Part shown: positions 56,626 through 64,000 of the stretch, piece by piece
Numbering within the stretch: position 1 is the first letter of the stretch
Layout of the letters: each line of letters opens with the position of its first letter
Origin: Planctomycetota bacterium
GTDB taxonomy: Bacteria; Planctomycetota; PLA2; JAEUHO01
Direction: 5' to 3'
NCBI GenBank assembly: GCA_965222115.1
Contig: CBDCTJ010000007.1
Span: 2,656,001 to 2,720,000, forward strand
DNA: 64,000 nt
Made by a program: the position numbers and the translations under genes
The notes under the pieces: model-generated
Told to the model about the DNA's origin: nothing
Seen by the model: only the letters and a program-made list of their open reading frames with translations
The model's database searches: none

Positions 56626-56814
56626 GGGAATCTCCAAAGGCGCCGACACGCGTCGGACATAGGGGAGTGCCCGGAGTCCCAAGGAACTTGCAGAAATAAA
56701 GATTTTTGAATTTCGGGATGGGCTCTCGTCGAGTGGATGTGCGTGATATGACCTATCGCCAGCGACCGTAAATCCGCCTAGACTCTTCGCATCGAATCAC
56801 CGCGACCATTCGCC

Positions 56815-59800
56815 ATGCGCGTCATAGGGCCCATGCTCGGCGCGTTGCTGATCTTTGGCACATCGTCCGTCTCCTCCGTGTTTGGCGCTCCGCAAACCGA
56901 CGAACAGGTTGCCGATGCGGCGAATGAGATTCATGCGGCATGGTCGACGAAGGATGACGCGTTTGATGCGCTCGTTCGAAGAGGATTGCCCGATCGTTTT
57001 CAGGTGATTCTTGCCGTTGCACTGAATGCCCGCGATACGGAATCACGAAAGCAGGTTCTTGAGGCCATGGCGGCATCGCTGCGTCGTGACGATGCCCATG
57101 CGGGTGCCGCGACGGAGGCCGACTACTGGGCTCAAGCATCGGAGGCGCGCCTGAAGGTGGAGCGAAATCGGCTTCGCGCGCTGCAATCCTATAAGCATCG
57201 CTTGAATCAAGGAGCGGTCGATGCGCGCTTTGGTGACGGCTTGAGCGACGAGGATGCATCCAGTGTTCCTCGATCGGTGGTGCAACCTCTGGCGGTGTTG
57301 TTCAAGTTGCGTGCGCTGACGAAGGCGGATCGCACAGATGCCGCCCTCCGAGAAGCTCAACAACTCGCCATCACGGTGAGGATTCGGCGCTGGCACTACC
57401 TCGGCGTTCGCCTCGAACAGGCACGCGCGGAGGCCCTGCGCGCGGCGAAACGACCGAGCGAAGCCGTTGATGCCTACCGCCGAATGGCTGACCACGCTGC
57501 CTTGTTGAAAAGCAGTGAGCACGAGTCGCTCGCGCTTCAGTTTGCGATCGTCTTGCTGACCCATCAAGGCCGCATGGCACAACGCTACGCGCTGGGGCTC
57601 CGATTGCATGAACTGGCACTCCGTTCCGCACCCAAGTCAGCGCAGCTTGCAAGCGAGTTGTGGCTGACCGACTGCGAACACCGTCTTGGCGAATTTGGCA
57701 AAGGGGTCGCGCGCGCCAAACGTGTTATGGACGCGGCAAAGAAGATTGATGTCCCGGACGTGTACCGTCGCGCGCGTACACAACTTCTGTCGTTACGCCG
57801 ATCCCAGGGTCAGTTTGGTGAAGCGCTTAAAATCGCCGACGAGATCCGTAGTGAACCCGCATTTGCCGATCCGTCTACCCGCGACGTCCGTGATGTCATG
57901 GCGATCGCGCAGTTGTTTCGAGACGTCGGACAGGAATCCGAAGCCCTACGTCTATGCCAGACGGCGCTGACGCATGCCTCAAGCGCCCGGCAGCGGGCGC
58001 GCACGTCGAGCGCCATGCTGCTGGGATTGACAGCCTCGTTATTGAACCAAGTCGGCAAGCAGGACGAGTCGCGGGAACTGCACGAGCGAACCGCCAAAGT
58101 CTATCGATCGTTGAATCAGCCGCACAGGCTCATGGAATCCTTAACTGCGCTTGTCCAGTTCGATCTGGATAAGGGAGACATCGATGCGGCACGCAACCGA
58201 GCAGACGAGGTCCGGCGACTATCTGAACGTCTTTCACGCGGGAAACAAGCGAGCGCTCTGGAGCTGGTTGGGCGCGTGCAGTTTGCGGCAGGTCAGTTCG
58301 AGGCATGCGCCCTGACCCTTCGGTCCGCCCTCCAACTCACCAAATCCGACGAGTCTCAACCAGCGATCGATGCATACCGACTGGCGCTGCTCGGCAAGGC
58401 CCATGATCGCCTTGGACACGACGCGACGGCACTGAAGCTGCATCGAGGTGCCACGGAAACGCTTGTTCGCATCGCCACTGGAATAGGCGAACGCCATGCA
58501 CTGGCGCTACGCACACGGGCGCACGACGTGGCCATGGCGGGCGTGACGTGTGCACAGCGCTTACAGCGCCCGGGCGATCTTTGGTGGTTTCGCGAGGCGG
58601 GTCACTCACTCTTACTCGCAGATTTCATTGAGAATCGCGACGATCACTCGCAGGCCAATCTTCCTCCTCAAGCGCGTGCGGATGAAGAGACTGCCCTGCG
58701 CAGACTCTCTAGCGCGCAGACGCGTTTACTCTCCGGTATCGTGGGGGACGAGCGCCAAAGGGAAGCGCAAGAGACGTTTCGTGACGCACGCAAGCACTAT
58801 GAATCGATCGTGCAGCGCTCCGATCGTCTGCTCCGTGAACAGCGTGGGTGGCGTCGTGCGAAGCCTGTAGCGCTGGACGTATTTCAACGATATCTGGCAC
58901 CGCAACAAGCCGCGCTGGCCTACGTTCTGGCTGGTGATCGAATCTTGGGTTCTTGCATCACGAATCTGCGAGTTGCAACGCACGATCTTGGGCATGCAAA
59001 AGAAGTGACACGACTCGTTTCGGCGTGGCGTGACCTTGCTTCGGCGCCCGGTGGACCCACGAATACGCTCGGCGCAATACTCTACGACCGCCTCATGAGA
59101 CCTTTCGAGAAGGCATTGAATGCATGCTCGTCGATCCTCGTACTGCCGGCGGGTGCGCTTGCGAATCTTCCGTTCAGTGGTCTTGTGTGCGAGCGTAAGC
59201 ACAAGAACACTGGCGTGACGTACGTTCTCGATCGTTGGCGGGTGAGCTATGTACCGTCGGGCACGGTCTATGTCGCGTTGTCCACCGCCCGCTCTGAACG
59301 CAAAATGGGGACTGGCTTGTTGGCTGTGGGCGATCCGGACTACAGCGAGTCAGGCGCCCATTGGGTGGAGTCGCTAGGAGGCACGCAGGCGGAAATCCGT
59401 GCCATTGCGTCGCTTTACCCTAAGGATCAGCAACTCGTCTTGGCGGGTACGGACGCCACGGTCGCCAATTGGGAGCAAGCTCGCTCAAGTGACAAGGCGT
59501 GGCGCGCGGTGCATGTCGCGTGTCATGGACTCGTTGATACAGAACGACCCTGGTTGAGTGGTCTGGTGTTTTCGGGCGGGCACGTGTTGAGTATCGAGCA
59601 GGTGTGTAGACGCCGACTTCTGTCCGATGTTGTGGTGCTATCGGCATGTGAAACGGCCTACGGTACGAGCCGTCGAGGGGAGGGTGTTATGGCGATGACA
59701 CGTGCTTTCTTCCAGGCAGGTGTTCCTAGTGTGGTTGCATCGACGTGGGCCGTGTCTGATGCAGCTACGGGCGGGCTGATGGCGACGTTTCATCGATCAT

Positions 59801-59922
59801 GGCAGCAACCGCTAGCCCAAGCATCCTCAGCATTGAGAAACGCCCGCCTATCGCTACGTCGGCAACATGGTCATTATGCGCATCCCTACTTCTGGGCGCC
59901 ATTCGTGCTCTGGGGCAGATAG
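56815..59922 (+). CDS. TPR-CHAT (caspase-like) protease, probably exported
   Basis: Signal-like N-terminus, TPR-like helices, HVACHG and VVLSACET catalytic motifs, HPYFWAPF. Confidence 0.92.
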   Translation: MRVIGPMLGALLIFGTSSVSSVFGAPQTDEQVADAANEIHAAWSTKDDAFDALVRRGLPDRFQVILAVALNARDTESRKQVLEAMAASLRRDDAHAGAATEADYWAQASEARLKVERNRLRALQSYKHRLNQGAVDARFGDGLSDEDASSVPRSVVQPLAVLFKLRALTKADRTDAALREAQQLAITVRIRRWHYLGVRLEQARAEALRAAKRPSEAVDAYRRMADHAALLKSSEHESLALQFAIVLLTHQGRMAQRYALGLRLHELALRSAPKSAQLASELWLTDCEHRLGEFGKGVARAKRVMDAAKKIDVPDVYRRARTQLLSLRRSQGQFGEALKIADEIRSEPAFADPSTRDVRDVMAIAQLFRDVGQESEALRLCQTALTHASSARQRARTSSAMLLGLTASLLNQVGKQDESRELHERTAKVYRSLNQPHRLMESLTALVQFDLDKGDIDAARNRADEVRRLSERLSRGKQASALELVGRVQFAAGQFEACALTLRSALQLTKSDESQPAIDAYRLALLGKAHDRLGHDATALKLHRGATETLVRIATGIGERHALALRTRAHDVAMAGVTCAQRLQRPGDLWWFREAGHSLLLADFIENRDDHSQANLPPQARADEETALRRLSSAQTRLLSGIVGDERQREAQETFRDARKHYESIVQRSDRLLREQRGWRRAKPVALDVFQRYLAPQQAALAYVLAGDRILGSCITNLRVATHDLGHAKEVTRLVSAWRDLASAPGGPTNTLGAILYDRLMRPFEKALNACSSILVLPAGALANLPFSGLVCERKHKNTGVTYVLDRWRVSYVPSGTVYVALSTARSERKMGTGLLAVGDPDYSESGAHWVESLGGTQAEIRAIASLYPKDQQLVLAGTDATVANWEQARSSDKAWRAVHVACHGLVDTERPWLSGLVFSGGHVLSIEQVCRRRLLSDVVVLSACETAYGTSRRGEGVMAMTRAFFQAGVPSVVASTWAVSDAATGGLMATFHRSWQQPLAQASSALRNARLSLRRQHGHYAHPYFWAPFVLWGR

Positions 59923-59951
59923 ACGTCACCGCGAACTGATCGCTTCCACGC

Positions 59952-60893
59952 ATGGGCATCTATCATGCGGCGATGAACGAAGCACTCCCGCAATCAGCCC
60001 ATGCGTTGTTGCGTGCCGGGTTCGATGCGGGGCGTGTTGCGTTCGGCCCCCTGGATCTCACGTTCGACTCCTATGCGTCCGACGTGGTGCAACTCGTTCG
60101 ACGTGCTCGTGAGGCGCTGGGACTTGAGACAACCCCCGATGACCTCATCGTGGCGCTGAAGTACCGTGCACTGAAAGATCTCACGCTTGCGCGCGCGTGC
60201 GAAGCCGGATGCGAACGTGCATGGGGCGTCTTGGTCAGCGTTTACCAACCCCGGCTCGTCTCACACGTCCAACGTCGTGGCGGACGAGGGGCCACACCAT
60301 TACATACCGTGAGTGCCCTGTTATCGGATCTCGCACTTCGCCCTCCGTCGGGCAAGGGGCGCACGCAGATGGGGACCTATGCGGGCATGGGGGCACTTGG
60401 TGCATGGCTCGCTACGCAAGTTGCGCGGCGCCTATGGAAGGATCGCCGCCGACGAGATCGAGACGGTTCCACCTCGTTCGTAGATCGTGAGCGCGACGCC
60501 CGAGCTTCGCCGGTTTGGGCGGGCTCCGTGTCGGCCGAAACCGCGGCTGCATTGGAATTGGCGCTCGACGGCGCGTGGAAAGCCCTTACTGCCGAAGAGC
60601 GCACGTGCACGCTACTCAAGCATCGGCATGGATGTGCCCAACGGCGCATTGCGACCCTACTTGGCATGAAGGAATACCAAGTCAGTCGGATTGTCAAGCG
60701 CGCGAGCGAGAAGCTCAAAGCGGCAATCGTGCACGGGGTTCGGCGACCCTCGTCGGACGAATCGTCCACATGGGATCACTTAAAGGCGCGTCTGGAAAAT
60801 AAGCTTGCGACTTTTGAGGCGCTCGAGCCACTCCCAGGTGGCGCCCCGTCCACAGAAACGCTGCCCTCAGAAACGGACCCTTATGACCGATGA
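59952..60893 (+). CDS. ECF-type sigma-70 family factor (divergent)
   Basis: DLTLARAC..G.ERAW, YAGMGALGAWL region 2 and LTAEER...QRRIATLLG...VSR region 4 HTH. Confidence 0.8.
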   Translation: MGIYHAAMNEALPQSAHALLRAGFDAGRVAFGPLDLTFDSYASDVVQLVRRAREALGLETTPDDLIVALKYRALKDLTLARACEAGCERAWGVLVSVYQPRLVSHVQRRGGRGATPLHTVSALLSDLALRPPSGKGRTQMGTYAGMGALGAWLATQVARRLWKDRRRRDRDGSTSFVDRERDARASPVWAGSVSAETAAALELALDGAWKALTAEERTCTLLKHRHGCAQRRIATLLGMKEYQVSRIVKRASEKLKAAIVHGVRRPSSDESSTWDHLKARLENKLATFEALEPLPGGAPSTETLPSETDPYDR

Positions 60894-61815
60894 CCAGCTG
60901 ATAGCGGCTCTTCTTCGCCATCTTGACGCCGGGGGAGAACTCCCGGCGATGGATTTTCCCTACGATGACCTCTTGGCGGGACTCGCATCGGGAACGCTCC
61001 TCGACGATGAACGTGCAAAGGCCCTTCAGTTGCTGGACCGCGAGCCTGCATTCCGCGAATTGTTGGCTGAGATTTGCGAGACAGATGGTGAGGCCCAACC
61101 CAGCACGACGTCGGCGCCCAACGAGCCGCTCCGGCGCTGGTTCCCGTTGGGCGTGGCGGCGGCGCTGATCCTGGGTGTGGGCGCCGCGGTGTTCTTCCTC
61201 ACCCGCGAGCCTCGTCCCGCCACGCTCGAAGCGCAACTTGTTGCTTACGTGGATACGCTAACGCAGTCACACCCCAAGCTCTTCGAGGGATTCTCTCCCG
61301 CAACATCGAAGGATCGACTTGCGCCTTACGATCGCGTGCGTCGTGGAGCACCCACACTCATAGCGCCCCACGGTGCCTTGATTTCAGGACGACCCACATT
61401 TCGTTGGAAAGCGGTTCACGGCGCCACGTCTTATGTAGTGACGGTTGTGAGTGAGACGGGTGACACGCTCATCAAGGAATCTTGCGAGTCGACCGAACTC
61501 GCTTGGCCGGAGCATGAATCGGAACTTCCCCCGGGCAAGTATGTTTGGAAGTTGGTGGCGAAAACGCCCGCGCGCCGTGCAACGGCCGCCATGGCGATTC
61601 ATCGGTTGAGTCAAGATGAATCGCGTCGGTATCGCGAAGGGCTGGCGGCGATCAACGTGCGCGGCGGACCCCTAGCGTCTCTGACGGCATCGCAGTGGGC
61701 AGCCCACTGGGAACGTTGGTCCGAGGCGCATCAACTGCTGCAAGATGCACCAGATAACCATGCTCTAGTTCGGGAAACGCGAGCGTGGATTCGGTCCTAC
61801 CTCAAGCCCAAGTGA
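60883..61815 (+). CDS. Putative transmembrane anti-sigma factor
   Basis: Overlaps the sigma gene; N-terminal LLAGLASGTL...LLDREPAFRELL, one TM helix, extracytoplasmic RRG..LIAP..PTFRW domain. Confidence 0.65.
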   Translation: MTDDQLIAALLRHLDAGGELPAMDFPYDDLLAGLASGTLLDDERAKALQLLDREPAFRELLAEICETDGEAQPSTTSAPNEPLRRWFPLGVAAALILGVGAAVFFLTREPRPATLEAQLVAYVDTLTQSHPKLFEGFSPATSKDRLAPYDRVRRGAPTLIAPHGALISGRPTFRWKAVHGATSYVVTVVSETGDTLIKESCESTELAWPEHESELPPGKYVWKLVAKTPARRATAAMAIHRLSQDESRRYREGLAAINVRGGPLASLTASQWAAHWERWSEAHQLLQDAPDNHALVRETRAWIRSYLKPK

Positions 61816-61912
61816 GTTCGGCCAACATACACAGTGGTCCTTGCTGCAGTGTTCTTTGCTGCACGCCTCTCTGCTGCATGTAGACCGTAACGGCGCGACG
61901 CCGCATCGGTCT

Positions 61913-63379
61913 CTATGCCGTCCCGTTGCGACCGTTCCCGTTGCTGCCTACAGGATAGGTGGAGCGTGAACTGCCGGGACCGCTGCGAGACGCGCTGCCC
62001 TTCTTGTCGCGCCGGCTTCCCAACAGGCCGTATTTGCGCATCTTATTGAAGAGTGTCGTGCGATTGATCATGAGTGCCGCTGCGGTCTCTTGGCGGTTCC
62101 AGCCGTGACTGCGAAGCGTGCGTTCAATGATCTCGCGTTCGGGAATCTCCAGCGCCTTGCGCAGGGGAAGCACTTGTCCCGGCTCCGGTGCACTTACCGA
62201 GTGCGTGAGGCCCGGAGGCAAGAACTTGGTGGTCAACACATCCCCTTTGCAGAGGATGACGCCGCGCTCGATCACGTTTTCGAGCTCGCGAATGTTGCCG
62301 GGCCAGTGGTGGGCTTGCAGCACCGTGAGCGCGCTGTCCTCAATCGTCTCCACGTTCTTCTCGTTTTCGCTGGCGAAGCGATCAAGAAAATGTGCGGCAA
62401 GCAAAGGAATGTCGGCGATACGCTCGCGAAGTGGCGGCAGGTGAATGGGAATGATGTTGATGCGATAGAAAAGATCCTGCCGGAAGCGCCCCTGCTCCAC
62501 CGCTTCCGACAAGTCTTCGTTCGTAGCAAGGATCAAACGCACATCTACGTTGACTGTGGTCTCACTGCCGACCGGCTCAAAGCTTCGTTCTTGAAGCACG
62601 CGCAGCAGTTTGACTTGTAGGGCTGGGCTCGCGGTTCCAATCTCATCCAGGAAGAGCGTGCCGCCATCCGCCGCTTGAAAGCGACCCACGCGCTCGCCCG
62701 ATGCACCGGTAAACGCGCCCTTGGCGTGGCCAAAGAGTTCACTTTCAAGAAGGCCTTCGGGCAGCGCGCCGCAGTTGATCTCGACAAACGGCTTGTCGGC
62801 GCGACCCGACGACTCATGAATGCGTCGCGCGACAAGCGACTTGCCTGTGCCGCTTTCGCCGGTGATCAATACGGTTGCGCGTGTGGGGGCCGCAGCGTCC
62901 ACTGTTTCAAACACGCGTAAGAACGCGGGGTCCTGACCTATAGGGTCACCGGGGCGTGAGCCGCGCTTCGCATCGGCAAGTTGCGCGCGCAAGTTGCGAT
63001 TCTCATTGCGCAGTCGCGTGGACTCAAGCGCGCGCTCCACAACCATCACCATTTCTTCGTCGAGCACCGGTTTGGTCACATAGTCAAACGCGCCTTCGCG
63101 CATGCCGCGGACCGCATTCTCAATGGTGCCGTAGCCCGTGACCAGAATCACTTCTGTATGTGGGCTTTGCCGCTTGACGCGCGCCAACAACTCAAAACCA
63201 TCGGCCCCCGGCATATTGATATCCGAGATAATGAGATCGAAGGGCTGCGCATCCAGCAACGTCATTGCTTCATCAACGCGCGCGGCGGCCTCCACTTCAT
63301 GGCCGTGTTTACGCAGGAGAATGCGTAGGGTGCGCGGTACAAGTGGATCGTCATCCACAATGAGAATGTGAGCCGTCAT
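61913..63379 (-). CDS. Sigma-54-dependent response regulator (NtrC family)
   Basis: Receiver domain, GESGTGKS, GAFTGA, FLDEI, WPGNIRELEN and a Fis-type HTH. Confidence 0.96.
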   Translation of the reverse strand: MTAHILIVDDDPLVPRTLRILLRKHGHEVEAAARVDEAMTLLDAQPFDLIISDINMPGADGFELLARVKRQSPHTEVILVTGYGTIENAVRGMREGAFDYVTKPVLDEEMVMVVERALESTRLRNENRNLRAQLADAKRGSRPGDPIGQDPAFLRVFETVDAAAPTRATVLITGESGTGKSLVARRIHESSGRADKPFVEINCGALPEGLLESELFGHAKGAFTGASGERVGRFQAADGGTLFLDEIGTASPALQVKLLRVLQERSFEPVGSETTVNVDVRLILATNEDLSEAVEQGRFRQDLFYRINIIPIHLPPLRERIADIPLLAAHFLDRFASENEKNVETIEDSALTVLQAHHWPGNIRELENVIERGVILCKGDVLTTKFLPPGLTHSVSAPEPGQVLPLRKALEIPEREIIERTLRSHGWNRQETAAALMINRTTLFNKMRKYGLLGSRRDKKGSASRSGPGSSRSTYPVGSNGNGRNGTA

Positions 63380-64000
63380 TGTTCACGTTCCTTAGAGTTT
63401 GCAGGTTCTGCGTTCGTCGTGAGTCGCTCAGATGGGGGAGGAGGCGACGAAGGGTCCGCGCGATCCCTCGGCAGCACAATCCGCGCAACGGTGCCGCCAT
63501 CGCGGGGGCTCTCAACACTGAGGCTGCCCCCAAACTTCTCCACCAAACGAGCGGAAATCGGAAGACCGAGGCCCGTACCTTTGCCGGGTTCCTTGGTCGT
63601 ATAGAAAGGTTCGAAGATGCGTGCCAACACATCTTCAGAGATGCCAGTGCCGTGATCCACAACTTCAATATGGACCGCGGCGGCCTTCTTGAATGCACGC
63701 ACCAAAATCGCGTGGCCGTTGAGGTTGGCGTCATTGGCATTACGCATCAGATTGATGAGCACTTGGTGAATGCCCCGTGGCAATGTGAGTTCACTCACGC
63801 CCGGGTCGATCGACACCTCAATGGGTGAGGCATTGGTGCCCAGCGCCATGTTGACGGCCGCGACCGCACCTTGAATCACGGTATTCAAAGGCTCGGGTGT
63901 TTGTTCAATTGCGGCATTGCGAGAAAATTTCAGCAGACTCTGAACGATATTGGCCATACGCTGCAATCCCGCATGGGCCAAATCCAGGTACTCGGTAGCT
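63376..64000 (-). CDS. Sensor histidine kinase, C-terminal part (starts beyond the window)
   Basis: QVLINLMRNA, DHGTGI and FEPFYTTKEPGKGTGLGL boxes. Confidence 0.93.
   Translation of the reverse strand, partial: ATEYLDLAHAGLQRMANIVQSLLKFSRNAAIEQTPEPLNTVIQGAVAAVNMALGTNASPIEVSIDPGVSELTLPRGIHQVLINLMRNANDANLNGHAILVRAFKKAAAVHIEVVDHGTGISEDVLARIFEPFYTTKEPGKGTGLGLPISARLVEKFGGSLSVESPRDGGTVARIVLPRDRADPSSPPPPSERLTTNAEPANSKEREQ

Noticed and set aside
1-64000. tRNA, rRNA, transposase or prophage genes
   Set aside because: None recognised by eye. A covariance or HMM scan would be needed to exclude small or divergent ones.

Overview
GC-rich bacterial chromosome segment, probably Planctomycetota-like (an inference from gene content only). 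It opens with an 11-gene complex I operon (nuoABCDHIJKLMN, no nuoEFG, nuoI frameshifted) that ends in an unusual ferritin-like, repeat-tailed gene. Housekeeping genes follow (ilvE, carA, purA, cdsA, phoH, ybeY, ltaE, lipA, larB, larC, tgt), then a tandem of GspG-tailed exported proteins, a CHAT protease/ECF sigma/anti-sigma cluster and an NtrC-type two-component pair. The main signal lies between 12.5 and 37 kb: five intergenic copies of a small four-helix-bundle (bAvd / '23S IVP'-like) gene in two subfamilies. Each is preceded by a ~160-nt leader hairpin that buries the translation start region and shows compensatory base changes. Each is also bracketed by direct copies of a structured non-coding module: CCCGNNA heptamer ladder, hairpin, (GTGGAC)n, hairpins. 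All 13 module copies lie on the + strand whatever the gene orientation. Perfect GTGGAC arrays of 18-33 units occur only in the right-hand copy. No transposase, RT or recombinase is in the window, so this looks like a candidate undescribed mobile or repeat-associated gene-cassette system whose catalyst acts in trans. All counts and pairings were read by eye and need computational confirmation.
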